NCBI GenBank assembly: GCA_051745145.1
Contig: JBNJDT010000008.1
Span: forward strand, 1-59,032
Direction: 5' to 3'
DNA length: 59,032 bases
Source: Elusimicrobiota bacterium
GTDB taxonomy: Bacteria; CG03; SLGR01; JAGXOG01
Within the stretch, counting starts at the first letter, position 1; each line of letters opens with the position of its first letter. The position numbers were made by a program, and so were the translations under genes. Positions 31,337-41,634 of this stretch are shown here, one piece after another. The notes below the pieces were generated by a model. It worked only from the letters and a program-made list of their open reading frames with translations, made no database searches and was not told the origin of the DNA.

Positions 31337-31383
31337 AAAAATATATGGAGTTTGGTAAATTGAAATGAAGGCAGGTGCATAAA

Positions 31384-32613
31384 ATGAGCAAAAAAAATAA
31401 AAATTCGAAAAAAGTAGATATTAAGCCCACCCGGAAATTAAAGGAATTGCCGCCGTATCTGTTCGGGGCCATAGATGTTTTAAAAAAAGAAGCTTACAGA
31501 AATAAACAGGATGTAATTGATCTGGGAATGGGGAATCCCGATATGCCCACCCCTGAGCATATAATAGAACGGATGTGTGATACCATTGTAAATCACCCCC
31601 GCACTCACCGGTACCCCCAGGCAAAGGGTATGCCTAAATTCAGGAGAACTGTGGCAAACTGGTATAAGAGAAAGTTTGACGTAAATCTCACCCCCGAAAA
31701 TGAAGTCTTAGCGTTAATAGGCTCAAAAGAGGGCATTGCCCACATGTGTATGGCCTATCTGGATCCGGGGGATAAAGTTTTAGTTACCAATCCCTGTTAT
31801 CCCGTTCATCTTAACGGTATTATTTTAGCCGGCGGTGAACCGTATAATATGCCTATTTCAGAAGAGAATAATTATCTGCCCGATTTTACCGATATTCCGG
31901 AGAAAGTAGCTAAAGAAGCAAAATTACTGTTTATAAATTATCCCAATAATCCCACTACCGCAGTTGTGGAAGATACTAAATTTTTTGAAGAAGTAGTGGA
32001 ATTTGCCAAGAAGTACAATATAATAGTGTGCCATGATTTTGCCTATTCGGAAATTACTTACGGAGATTACAAAGCTCCTTCTTTTATGGAAGTGGAGGGG
32101 GCTAAAGATGTGGGAGTGGAATTCCATTCTTTTTCCAAAACTTTTAATATGGCCGGCTGGAGAGTGGGGTACTGCGTCGGCGGAAAAAAGTTCTTAAAAC
32201 CTCTTGAGAAAATTAAATCCTATCTGGACTACGGTGTATTTACCGCCATTCAGCTTTCGGGTATAAAAGCCTTAAACGGTCCGGAGGACTGTATAAAAAA
32301 GACAGTAGAAGAATACCGCCGTCGGCTGAAGAAACTGGTAGACGGATTAAACAAAATAGGCTGGGAAGCCAAGATGCCCGAAGCCACTATGTATCTGTGG
32401 CTGGAACTGCCCGAAAAATTTAAAGATATGGGCTCCCTGGAATTTGCAGAGCTTTTAATTGAAGAGACCGGTATTGCGGTTGCTCCGGGAATAGGATTTG
32501 GCAATTACGGCGAAGGATATGTGAGGATGGCCGTGGTAACTCATTACCAGCGGTTTCACGATGCTCTGCTGAGATTGAAAGAATTTTTGAGAAAAGGCCC
32601 CCCCGAGGAATGA
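31384..32613 (+). CDS. Class I/II PLP aminotransferase (LL-diaminopimelate aminotransferase / AlaC-like)
   Basis: DLGMGNPD, GSKEG, NYPNNPT, DFAY, SFSKTFNMAGWRVG; immediately upstream of hom. Confidence 0.85.
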   Translation: MSKKNKNSKKVDIKPTRKLKELPPYLFGAIDVLKKEAYRNKQDVIDLGMGNPDMPTPEHIIERMCDTIVNHPRTHRYPQAKGMPKFRRTVANWYKRKFDVNLTPENEVLALIGSKEGIAHMCMAYLDPGDKVLVTNPCYPVHLNGIILAGGEPYNMPISEENNYLPDFTDIPEKVAKEAKLLFINYPNNPTTAVVEDTKFFEEVVEFAKKYNIIVCHDFAYSEITYGDYKAPSFMEVEGAKDVGVEFHSFSKTFNMAGWRVGYCVGGKKFLKPLEKIKSYLDYGVFTAIQLSGIKALNGPEDCIKKTVEEYRRRLKKLVDGLNKIGWEAKMPEATMYLWLELPEKFKDMGSLEFAELLIEETGIAVAPGIGFGNYGEGYVRMAVVTHYQRFHDALLRLKEFLRKGPPEE

Positions 32614-33920
32614 GTGTTAGCATAGGAATAATAGGGCTGGGAACCGTGGGCAGCGGGGTATATAAGGTTTTGAAAAAGAATACCCAGGCCCTCGAAAACC
32701 GGATCGGAGCAAATCTTGAGATTAAAAAAGTTTGCGACAAAGATAAGTCCGTTATAGAAAAACTTAACATAGAAGTAGAGAAATTTACTTCTGATTATAA
32801 GGATATAGTTAATGATAAGAGTATAAAACTGGTAGTTATCTTAACTGGCAATCCAGATTTTGCCCGGCGGGTTATAACGGACTGTTTTAATAAGGGCAAG
32901 CACATTGTTACCGCCAATAAAGCCCTCATGGCCACTAAGTGGAGAGAAATTTTCAGGTCGGCCAGAGAGAGTAATTCTCTTATATATTTTGAGGCCAGCG
33001 TGGGCAGCGGTATCCCGGTTATCCAGGGAATAAATGAAGGACTGGCGGCCAATGAAATTGAGAGCGTAAAAGGAATCTTAAACGGGACCACCAATTTTAT
33101 TCTTACTAAAATGAGTACCGGGGGTTATAGCTTTAAAGAAGCTATGGAAGAAGCTCGGGAGGCGGGATTTGCCGAGCCCGACTCATCCGCGGATGTAAAA
33201 GGACTGGATGCAGCTCATAAAACAGCGGTGCTGGCCAATATAATTATGAGTGCTCCGGTAAATTTTGGGGATATTTTCTATGAAGGAATCGAAAATATAA
33301 AGTTAAAAGATATTCAGTTTGCCCGGGAAATGTTTGATTTTCGCCTAAAGTTACTCTCGGTAATAAAAAGGCATGATGACTCGGCGGAAGTTAGAGTTCA
33401 TCCCGCTTTTCTAAAGCCCGATGATATGCTTGCCGGAGTCAACTACGAAAACAACGGGGCTCTGATAAACGGGGATGTATCCGGCCCGGTTATGTTTTAT
33501 GGCAAAGGTGCGGGCAGTTTTCCGGCGGCCTCGGCCGTGGTAAGCGATATAGTATATCTGGCTCAAAAAATAAATTACGATATTGCCGGGAAAATACCCT
33601 ATATACATACTGATCCTAACAAAAAAACGGCAGTGACGGATATAGGGGATCTCTCTTTTCAATATTATGTGCGGTTTACAACTGCGGATAAACCGGGAGT
33701 GCTTTCAAAAATTTCGGGAGTACTGGGAGAGAATGATGTCTCCATTGCCTCCTGTTTTCAGAAGGGCCGGTCTCAGATGGATGAGGTCCCCATAGTAATG
33801 GTTACCCACCGGGCCAAAGAAAAAGATTTAAAAAGGGCACTGGCCAAAATAGATTCTCTGGCAATTGTGAAGAAAAAGAGTGTATTTATAAGAATAGAAT
33901 CGGAAGAGGAAATATATTGA
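32610..33920 (+). CDS. hom: Homoserine dehydrogenase with ACT domain
   Basis: GLGTVG, VTANK, FEASV, GILNGTTN, GFAEPD, ACT domain DKPGVL. Confidence 0.95.
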   Translation: MSVSIGIIGLGTVGSGVYKVLKKNTQALENRIGANLEIKKVCDKDKSVIEKLNIEVEKFTSDYKDIVNDKSIKLVVILTGNPDFARRVITDCFNKGKHIVTANKALMATKWREIFRSARESNSLIYFEASVGSGIPVIQGINEGLAANEIESVKGILNGTTNFILTKMSTGGYSFKEAMEEAREAGFAEPDSSADVKGLDAAHKTAVLANIIMSAPVNFGDIFYEGIENIKLKDIQFAREMFDFRLKLLSVIKRHDDSAEVRVHPAFLKPDDMLAGVNYENNGALINGDVSGPVMFYGKGAGSFPAASAVVSDIVYLAQKINYDIAGKIPYIHTDPNKKTAVTDIGDLSFQYYVRFTTADKPGVLSKISGVLGENDVSIASCFQKGRSQMDEVPIVMVTHRAKEKDLKRALAKIDSLAIVKKKSVFIRIESEEEIY

Positions 33921-34993
33921 TAAAAAAAGATTTAAAACGGATCGGGGTTATAGAAAGGTTTAAGGATATATTGCCGGTTACTGACAGTACTCCGGTAATA
34001 ACGCTGCAGGAAGGTTCCACCCCTCTTATTAAAGCTGACAATATAAAACAGCTCCTGGATGTGGATTTTGATATTTATTTAAAATACGAAGGTTTAAATC
34101 CCACCGGGTCTTTTAAAGACCGGGGGATGACCGTAGCAGTATCTAAGGCTGTGGAGAAAGGGGCCAAAGCTGTAATATGCGCATCCACGGGAAATACTTC
34201 GGCCTCGGCTTCGGCTTATGCGGTAAGTGCGGGGATAAAATCTATAGTTGTGATACCGGAGGGATCTATTGCCCTGGGGAAACTTTCACAGGCTCTAATA
34301 CACGGGGCCAGCGTGGTGGCCGTTAAAGGAAATTTTGACAGGTGTCTGGAACTGGTAAGGGAAATATGCAAAGATTATGAAGTGGAGATGGTAAATTCCA
34401 TAAATCCCAACCGGATAGAAGGACAGAAAACAGCATCTTATGAGATAGCCGAGGCTCTTGGAGATACTCCCGATTATCAGTTTATGCCCGTGGGTAACGC
34501 CGGGAACATTACCGCCTACTGGAAGGGATACCGGGAACTCAACGAAAATAAAGATTTAAGTCTACCTAAAATGATGGGGTTTCAGGCTCACGGCTCTTCT
34601 CCGATTGTAGAGGGAAAAATTTTTAAAGATCCCCAGACAGTGGCCACGGCCATAAAAATAGGTAATCCCGCATCCTGGAAAAAAGCAGAAACGGCCAGGG
34701 ATGAATCCGACGGTGTAATTGACCGGGTTACCGATGAGGAAATACTCTGGGCCTGGCAGAGGCTTGCCGACAGGGAGGGCGTATTTGTAGAGCCTGCCTC
34801 TGCGGCTTCTGTAGCCGGTCTTAAAAAATATATAGATCAGAAAAAAATAGATTTAAAATCCACTTCCAGAGTGGTATGTATTCTCACCGGCCACGGACTA
34901 AAGGATCCGGACCGGGCCATAGAGACGGTAAGCCGGCCTCCAGTTGTCGAAGATAATGTCGAAGACGTAGTAAAAACGGCCGGTATAAAGTAA
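33917..34993 (+). CDS. thrC: Threonine synthase
   Basis: NPTGSFKDRG, CASTGNT, PVGNAGN, TGHGLKD. Confidence 0.96.
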   Translation: MIKKDLKRIGVIERFKDILPVTDSTPVITLQEGSTPLIKADNIKQLLDVDFDIYLKYEGLNPTGSFKDRGMTVAVSKAVEKGAKAVICASTGNTSASASAYAVSAGIKSIVVIPEGSIALGKLSQALIHGASVVAVKGNFDRCLELVREICKDYEVEMVNSINPNRIEGQKTASYEIAEALGDTPDYQFMPVGNAGNITAYWKGYRELNENKDLSLPKMMGFQAHGSSPIVEGKIFKDPQTVATAIKIGNPASWKKAETARDESDGVIDRVTDEEILWAWQRLADREGVFVEPASAASVAGLKKYIDQKKIDLKSTSRVVCILTGHGLKDPDRAIETVSRPPVVEDNVEDVVKTAGIK

Positions 34994-35030
34994 GATTAAT
35001 ATAATACTGCTGATATAAATTTCTAAATAA

Positions 35031-35942
35031 ATGAAAAATTCTGAAAAAATCCACCTAAAAATTCCGGCCTCCGTTTCTAATATCGGGCCCGGTTTTGATG
35101 TTTTGGGTTTTGGGATTAAAAAATATCTTAGAATTACCGCCGGCCCGGGCACCGGAGAACTTCTCCTAAAAGGCAAAGCTGAAAATATAGATTCCGACAG
35201 TAACGCTGTTGCAGAAGGTTTTGAATATGCCCTCTCCCGGGCAGATAAAAAAGTCCCGGATATGGATATGGTCATTGACAGCGGTATACCTTTAAAAAAA
35301 GGTCTGGGTTCTTCTGCCGCGGCCAGGGCGGGGGGGATTTATATAGCTGATAAAATTTTTGATTTAGGGCTGAAAAAGAAGGATATAGCCCGGATGACTT
35401 CCCGGATGGAAGGGCATGCGGACAACGCTGTACCGGCAGTGGCCGGGGGATTTACGGTTTCATATTTTAAAGGGGAAAAACTGTTCTACCGTAAATATGA
35501 CATATCTAATAAAAATCTAATAATAGTTATAGGATGCCCGGATCTGGAAGTGTCCACCGATGAAGCCCGGAAAATTATGCCCCGTAAATTTTCAATTTCC
35601 GATTCTGTTTTTAATATTTCCAGGGTCTCGCTGTTAATGGGGGCCCTATTAAAGGGCAATTACAGCGACCTAAAATATGCCACGGAAGATAAAATACATC
35701 AGCCTTACAGGAAGAAGTTTATTCCGGATTTTGATAAAATAGTAGAAGAGACTTTAAAAGCCGGGGCCTACGGTACGGCAATAACCGGCTCCGGACCATC
35801 TATAGTATCCTTTACGGGGGAGGAAGAGATAGCTGAAAAAACCGGCAATACAATGCGAAAAATCTGGCAGGCCCGGGATCTGGACTGCGAAATTATAACT
35901 ACCGGAATTGATACCCGGGGTATTAGAGAACAAAATATCTAA
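35031..35942 (+). CDS. thrB: Homoserine kinase
   Basis: PASVSNIGPGFD, IPLKKGLGSSAA, EGHADN, GSGP. Confidence 0.95.
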   Translation: MKNSEKIHLKIPASVSNIGPGFDVLGFGIKKYLRITAGPGTGELLLKGKAENIDSDSNAVAEGFEYALSRADKKVPDMDMVIDSGIPLKKGLGSSAAARAGGIYIADKIFDLGLKKKDIARMTSRMEGHADNAVPAVAGGFTVSYFKGEKLFYRKYDISNKNLIIVIGCPDLEVSTDEARKIMPRKFSISDSVFNISRVSLLMGALLKGNYSDLKYATEDKIHQPYRKKFIPDFDKIVEETLKAGAYGTAITGSGPSIVSFTGEEEIAEKTGNTMRKIWQARDLDCEIITTGIDTRGIREQNI

Positions 35943-36138
35943 TAAAAAATATACTATATCTTATTAAATATTTTTTTGACTTTTCTTTTATCTAAATATA
36001 AATATTTATAATTTGGAGATTCAAATCTTACTTTAAAAAACGGGTAATGGATTTTATTTTAGTGGGACATTTTGATAAAATAAAATACTCATTTTTTAAC
36101 AGGAGTAAATTTTAAAAACAGGGGAGCCGTATATAAAG

Positions 36139-36501
36139 TTGAAAGCTAAAATATTAATTGTTGATGACGAGAAAAATATTACTCAACTAATGAAGTTGAT
36201 GGTTGAAGCGGAAGGTTATGAGGGGCTGGTTGCCCATGACGGTAAAGAAGCTCTGGATAAAATAAAAGCCGAAGAGATTGATCTTATGCTGTTGGATTTA
36301 ATGATGCCCCGGGTAAACGGTTATGAAGTGTTGGAAAAATTGCGTTCCTGGAATAAATTAAAGGATTTACCTGTTATCGTAGTCTCGGCTATGTCTCAAA
36401 AAAACGATAAAGAGAGAGCCTATGAGTTAGGAGCGTCTGATTATATGGTAAAAGGTTTTAAACCGGCGGAGCTTTTAAGTAATATAAAAAAATATTTATA
36501 A
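36139..36501 (+). CDS. Single-domain response regulator
   Basis: ILIVDDE, LLDLMMP, VVSA, DYMVK. Confidence 0.9.
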   Translation: MKAKILIVDDEKNITQLMKLMVEAEGYEGLVAHDGKEALDKIKAEEIDLMLLDLMMPRVNGYEVLEKLRSWNKLKDLPVIVVSAMSQKNDKERAYELGASDYMVKGFKPAELLSNIKKYL

Positions 36502-36564
36502 CCGCTAATTTTTAAATTAAGAAATACCTTGACAGAAGTATTATATTTTTGTTATTAATAAAAT

Positions 36565-36660
36565 ATGAATTTTATACTGAATTTCAGCACTGTATTATTA
36601 ATTATAACGGTCCTGCCCGTAATTGTGGCGGGTTTTGGACCGGTGTGCTTTGATTCATAA
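36565..36660 (+). CDS. Leader peptide of the lysC-ilv-leu operon (ilvL/ivbL-like), MNFILNFSTVLLIITVLPVIVAGFGPVCFDS
   Basis: 31 codons with 4 Ile, 4 Leu, 5 Val and 2 Thr; lies between a TTGACA box (36529) and a terminator; too short for the ORF track. Confidence 0.85.
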   Translation: MNFILNFSTVLLIITVLPVIVAGFGPVCFDS

Positions 36661-36728
36661 CTAAAACAGTTAAAAAAAAGAGAAAGAAGAAAGCCACCGT
36701 TTAAAAAAATACGGTGGTTTTTTATTTT
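36608..36728 (+). promoter_or_regulatory. Transcription attenuator (pause/antiterminator/terminator)
   Basis: Pause stem CGGTCC(36608)/GGACCG(36637); antiterminator CGGTG-T-GCTT(36641-50)/AAGCCACCG(36691-99); terminator AAGCCACCGT/ACGGTGGTTT plus T tract. Confidence 0.85.
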
Positions 36729-36818
36729 ATCGGTATTGAAATTAAGTCTTATAATAAGTATATTATTAGTTTACTCAAGAGAATAATATTATATTTTAAG
36801 ATAAGGAGAGTTAGATAG

Positions 36819-38078
36819 GTGAAAAAGAATATTGTTGTACAAAAATACGGCGGCTCATCTGTAAAAGATGCGGACCATATTAAGAGAGTCGCCGGACATA
36901 TTATAGATACGTATAAAGAGGGCAATGAAGTGGTGGCTGTTGTTTCGGCGCCGGGGGATACCACCGATGAACTTTTAAATATGGCTTCCCGGATTACGGA
37001 TTCTCCGGACAGCCGGGAACTCGATGTTTTACTGGCCACCGGAGAACAGCAGGGTATATCTTTGATGGCTATGGCTATAAAATCTAAAGGATACAAGGCC
37101 GTATCTTTGACCGGAACTCAGGTAGGTATTTTAACTGATTCAGTTCATTCTAAAGCCAGAATAAAAGAGATTGATACTTCAAAGCTGCGGGAATCACTAA
37201 ATAGTGACAACATTGTAATAGTGGCCGGTTTTCAGGGTATATCAAAGGACAATAATATTACTACCCTGGGAAGAGGGGGCAGCGATCTTAGCGCGGTAGC
37301 GCTGGCTTCGGTATTAGATGCCGATGTCTGCGAAATATATACTGACGTAGACGGCGTCTATTCTACGGATCCCCGCATAACTTCAGGGGCCCGGAAAATA
37401 GATGAAATAAGTTATGACGAGATGATGGAAATGGCTTCAACCGGCGCGAAAGTTTTACAGTCCCGTTCTATAGAAGTGGCTAAAAAGAATAATATTGATA
37501 TAAATATCCGTTCAAGTATGAAAGAAAAATACAGTAAAGGTGGAACTATGGTTACAAAAGAAACAAAAGATTTAGAACAGGTGGTAGTCAGGGGGGTAAC
37601 TCTGGATGAAGACCAGGTGAAAATATCCATAGTGGACGTACCCGATAAACCGGGTGTTGCCGCTGAAATATTTGGAGCCCTGGCTGAGGAAAATATTAAT
37701 GTGGATATGATCATACAGTCATCCGCCCATAAAAGCGGGGTAAATGACATATCTTTTTCGATAGCCCATCAGAAACTCAACAGAGCTCGCGAAATTATGG
37801 AAAAACTTAAACAAAAACTGGACGCTCAGGAGATATTGATTGATCGGGATGTGGACAAAGTTTCTATAGTGGGAGTGGGCATGAAAAGCCATGCCGGAGT
37901 TGCGGCAAAAATGTTTGATATTCTCTCAGAAAATGATATAAATATTGAAATGATATCCACATCTGAGATTAAGGTAAGCTGTGTGGTATCCAGGAAGCAG
38001 GGGAAGGAAGCTGTTAGAGCATTACACCGGGAATTTTGCGAGAAAAATCCCAGATTCGGAAAAAATAGAGATGAATAA
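36819..38078 (+). CDS. lysC: Aspartate kinase
   Basis: VQKYGGSS, VVSA, TTLGRGGSD, DVDGVY..DPR, two ACT domains, STSEIK. Confidence 0.97.
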   Translation: MKKNIVVQKYGGSSVKDADHIKRVAGHIIDTYKEGNEVVAVVSAPGDTTDELLNMASRITDSPDSRELDVLLATGEQQGISLMAMAIKSKGYKAVSLTGTQVGILTDSVHSKARIKEIDTSKLRESLNSDNIVIVAGFQGISKDNNITTLGRGGSDLSAVALASVLDADVCEIYTDVDGVYSTDPRITSGARKIDEISYDEMMEMASTGAKVLQSRSIEVAKKNNIDINIRSSMKEKYSKGGTMVTKETKDLEQVVVRGVTLDEDQVKISIVDVPDKPGVAAEIFGALAEENINVDMIIQSSAHKSGVNDISFSIAHQKLNRAREIMEKLKQKLDAQEILIDRDVDKVSIVGVGMKSHAGVAAKMFDILSENDINIEMISTSEIKVSCVVSRKQGKEAVRALHREFCEKNPRFGKNRDE

Positions 38079-39636
38079 AGAAATAAAAGTATTAGATACA
38101 ACCCTAAGAGATGGAACTCAATCCGAGGGTATATCCCTTTCGGTTGACGATAAGTTGAAAGTGACCCGTAAACTGGACTGGATCGGGATGGATTACATAG
38201 AAGGTGGCTGGCCGGGTTCAAACCCCAAGGATATAAGTTATTTTAAAAGAGTTAAGAATGAGAATCTTAAAAATGCTAAAATAACGGCTTTTACATCAAC
38301 TCGCAGAAAAAATATTTCGCCGAAGAAGGATACGGTACTTCAAAAAGTTCTGGAGGTGGATCCGCCTGTCTGCAGCGTATTCGGAAAGTGCTGGGACCTG
38401 CATGTTGAGAAAGCTTTAAATGCCACTTTGAAAGAAAATCTTAATATGATTGAAGAAACTGTGGATTATCTTAAACAGAAGGATATAGAAGTTATTTTTG
38501 ACGCTGAACATTTTTTCGACGGGTACCTGGAAAATCCGGAATATGCTTTAAAATGTCTGCAGGCTGCAGTCAAAGGGGGAGCTGATAACCTGTCACTGTG
38601 CGAGACCAATGGAGGGGTATTGCCCCACGAGGTTTCCAGAATAGTGGAGAAAGTTAAAAAGAATACAGATGTGCCTCTGGGAATACATGCTCATAATGAT
38701 TCAGAAGTGGCGGTGGCAAATACTTTGACAGCTGTTAAGAAAGGGTGCCAGCTTATACAGGGAACTGTAAACGGCTACGGAGAAAGATGCGGAAATGCCA
38801 ATCTCTGTTCTTCTATAGCTAATTTACAGTTAAAAATGGATTATAAATGCCTGCCTGAAGATAATATTAAAAAACTCACTGAATTATCCAGGTATATAGA
38901 TGAGATTTCCAACCGTATACCCGATTCCCATCAGCCTTTTGTGGGCCATTCGGCTTTTGCCCATAAAGGCGGGATACACGTAAGTGCCGTGCAGAGGGAT
39001 TCGAGAACGTATGAACACGTAGATCCGGAAAGCGTGGGAAATGAGAGAAGAATCTTACTTTCCGAGCTCGCCGGTTCAAGCAATATTAAGTTTAAATCCA
39101 AGGAGTTCGGCATAGATCTTCAATCAGATAAGAAAAAAGTTAAGAAATTATTGAAGAGAATTAAAAAGATGGAAAAGAAGGGGTACCATTTTGAGGGCGC
39201 TGAAGGTTCTTTTGAGTTAATGATGATGGAGGAGACCGGTCAGCGAGACAAGTTTTTTGAGCTGGAGGGATTTAGGGTTATAATAGAGAATACCAGCGGA
39301 GAACTCAGATCTGAAGCAACTATAAAAGTCATAGTAAACGGTGAGGAAGAACATACCGCCGCAGAGGGAGAAGGTCCGGTTAATGCCCTGGATAACGCCC
39401 TTAGAAAAGCGCTGGAAAAATTTTATCCGGAGTTGAGCGAGGTAAGTTTAACGGATTTTAAAGTAAGGGTTATAAATGCCAGGGAAGGAACCGCGGCCAA
39501 GGTTAGAGTTCTGCTTGAATCTATGGACAAAGATACGGAATGGGGTACCATCGGAGTTTCTGAAAATATTATAGAAGCTTCATGGGAAGCGCTGGTGGAC
39601 AGTATATCTTATAAACTTTTAAAAAGCGAGAGGTAA
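38071..39636 (+). CDS. cimA: Citramalate synthase (LeuA/CimA family)
   Basis: DTTLRDGTQ, EGGWPGSNPKD, DAEHFFDG, AFAHKGGIH; a separate leuA is present downstream; start ATG 38071. Confidence 0.9.
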   Translation: MNKEIKVLDTTLRDGTQSEGISLSVDDKLKVTRKLDWIGMDYIEGGWPGSNPKDISYFKRVKNENLKNAKITAFTSTRRKNISPKKDTVLQKVLEVDPPVCSVFGKCWDLHVEKALNATLKENLNMIEETVDYLKQKDIEVIFDAEHFFDGYLENPEYALKCLQAAVKGGADNLSLCETNGGVLPHEVSRIVEKVKKNTDVPLGIHAHNDSEVAVANTLTAVKKGCQLIQGTVNGYGERCGNANLCSSIANLQLKMDYKCLPEDNIKKLTELSRYIDEISNRIPDSHQPFVGHSAFAHKGGIHVSAVQRDSRTYEHVDPESVGNERRILLSELAGSSNIKFKSKEFGIDLQSDKKKVKKLLKRIKKMEKKGYHFEGAEGSFELMMMEETGQRDKFFELEGFRVIIENTSGELRSEATIKVIVNGEEEHTAAEGEGPVNALDNALRKALEKFYPELSEVSLTDFKVRVINAREGTAAKVRVLLESMDKDTEWGTIGVSENIIEASWEALVDSISYKLLKSER

Positions 39637-39641
39637 ATAAA

Positions 39642-39899
39642 ATGTTTAATACCAAACAGACCCGGTTAACTTTGTTTTTAACTGTAGTTATAACTATCCT
39701 TCTTTGTATTATAGGTTTGAACTGGGAAGAGGAAGAAGAAGAAGAGACAGCGGAAGTTAATGCTGTTTTGGAATCTCCGATGCTGGAAGGAAGCAGGGAA
39801 CCGGCAATGGAGATTGAAGAAAAAAAAGAACCGGTTGAGCCCGAACAGGAAGAAGAAGATACGGAAGTTGATGAGGGAGAGACTATAATATTAGAATAA
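39642..39899 (+). CDS. Small membrane-anchored acidic hypothetical protein
   Basis: RBS GAGG, one hydrophobic N-terminal helix, Glu-rich tail; fills the cimA-ilvD gap. Confidence 0.65.
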   Translation: MFNTKQTRLTLFLTVVITILLCIIGLNWEEEEEEETAEVNAVLESPMLEGSREPAMEIEEKKEPVEPEQEEEDTEVDEGETIILE

Positions 39900-39914
39900 A
39901 AAGAGGTTATAAAA

Positions 39915-41567
39915 ATGAGAAGTGACAAGGTAAAAAAAGGTCCGTCCAGAGCGCCGTCCAGAGCTTTACTTTATGCCTGCGGGGTAGATAATAAAGAAAT
40001 TCACAAGAAACCGTTTATAGGGGTGGCCAGCAGTTTTTCTGAAATTGTTCCGGGCCATGTGCACATGGAGCGTTTAGAAGGAGCTATTGAAAAAGGCATT
40101 CACGCCGGCGGGGGAATATCCTTTAAATTCGGGATACCGGCTATATGTGATGGAATAGCCATGGGACATGAGGGAATGCGTTATTCTCTGCCGTCCCGGG
40201 ACTTGATAGCCGATTCTGTCGAGTCCGTATCTAAAGCTCACGGTTTTGACGGCATAGTCCTTCTTACCAGCTGCGATAAAATTACCCCGGGTATGCTTAT
40301 GGCAGCGGCCCGTTTAAATATCCCCTCAATAATAGTTACGGCCGGGCCCATGCTTACCGGTAGAAAAAACGGTAAAAAACTGTCCCTGGTCAGAGATACT
40401 TTTGAAGCCGTGGGAAATTATGAAGCAGGAAATATAGATAAAGACGAATTAGAAGAATTAACTTTAAATGCCTGTCCGGGATGCGGATCCTGCCAGGGTC
40501 TGTATACGGCTAATACTATGAACAGTTTAACGGAAGCTATGGGAATGAGTTTACCCGGCTCGGGAACTTCCCTGGCCGTATCGGCTGAAAAAGAGAGAAT
40601 TGCTTACAGGAGCGGCCAGAGAGTTGTTAAACTTGTAGAAGACGATATAACCCCCGATAAGATATTAAACGAGAAGGCCCTTTACAATGCTATAGTAGTG
40701 GATATGGCCGCAGGCGGCTCTACTAATACAGTGCTTCATCTTCCGGCGATTGCCCGGGAGGCGGGAGTTGATTTAAGTCTGGAAAAATTTGACAAAATAA
40801 GTGAACAGGTCCCCCAGATTCTCAGTTTAAGACCCGGGGGGGACTATTTTATGGAGGATTTGCATTGGGCCGGAGGAATACCTGCGGTTTTAAACCGGCT
40901 GGAATCATACTTAAAAGACAATTCAACTGTTTCGGGAAGCCGGCTGAAAACTATTGCCAAAAATGGCCGGGTGGAAGACATTGAAATAATAAGAGCCAAG
41001 TCCAATCCCTTTAAGAAAAAAGGAGGGCTGGCAATACTCAAGGGCAATCTCTGTCCTGACGGTTCCGTGGTAAAGACAGCTGCAGTGGATGAAGACAATA
41101 TGGTTATGTCCGGACCGGCAAGAATATTTAACAGTGAAGCGGATGCCATAGAAGCTATAAGAAATAAGGATATTAATAAAGGCGACGTTATAGTTATAAG
41201 ATACGAAGGTCCCGCCGGGGGACCGGGGATGCCGGAGATGTTAAATCCCACTTCCTTAATTGCGGGACTGGGCATGGAAAAAGACGTGGCCCTGATTACC
41301 GACGGTAGATTTTCGGGAGGAACCCGGGGACCCTGCATCGGTCATATATCACCGGAAGCGGCCGCCGGCGGTAAACTTGCCGCTTTACGGGACGGAGATA
41401 TTATAAATATAGATATTCCCAACAGGAAACTTGAAGTTAAATTAACCGACCAGGAGTTAAAACTGAGAATGCTAAAATGGAAAAAACCGGAGAAAGAAGT
41501 TTCCGGCTGGTTGTCTAAATATTCAAAACTTGTAAAATCTGCCGCCCATGGAGCGGTACTTGAATAA
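39915..41567 (+). CDS. ilvD: Dihydroxy-acid dehydratase
   Basis: [38 protein letters not shown]. Confidence 0.97.
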   Translation: MRSDKVKKGPSRAPSRALLYACGVDNKEIHKKPFIGVASSFSEIVPGHVHMERLEGAIEKGIHAGGGISFKFGIPAICDGIAMGHEGMRYSLPSRDLIADSVESVSKAHGFDGIVLLTSCDKITPGMLMAAARLNIPSIIVTAGPMLTGRKNGKKLSLVRDTFEAVGNYEAGNIDKDELEELTLNACPGCGSCQGLYTANTMNSLTEAMGMSLPGSGTSLAVSAEKERIAYRSGQRVVKLVEDDITPDKILNEKALYNAIVVDMAAGGSTNTVLHLPAIAREAGVDLSLEKFDKISEQVPQILSLRPGGDYFMEDLHWAGGIPAVLNRLESYLKDNSTVSGSRLKTIAKNGRVEDIEIIRAKSNPFKKKGGLAILKGNLCPDGSVVKTAAVDEDNMVMSGPARIFNSEADAIEAIRNKDINKGDVIVIRYEGPAGGPGMPEMLNPTSLIAGLGMEKDVALITDGRFSGGTRGPCIGHISPEAAAGGKLAALRDGDIINIDIPNRKLEVKLTDQELKLRMLKWKKPEKEVSGWLSKYSKLVKSAAHGAVLE

Positions 41568-41634
41568 ATAGCTGGATAATGGTAATTTGTTCTGGTTTAA
41601 AATTAATAAATATAATTTATAAAAGGAGAAGATA

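Noticed and set aside
36500..36818. Lysine riboswitch or T-box upstream of lysC
   Set aside because: No T-box (AAGGTGGTACC-like) or lysine-riboswitch motifs; a leader peptide and attenuator explain the region
37981..38070. N-terminal extension of cimA in the ORF track
   Set aside because: Lies within lysC; family homology starts at ATG 38071
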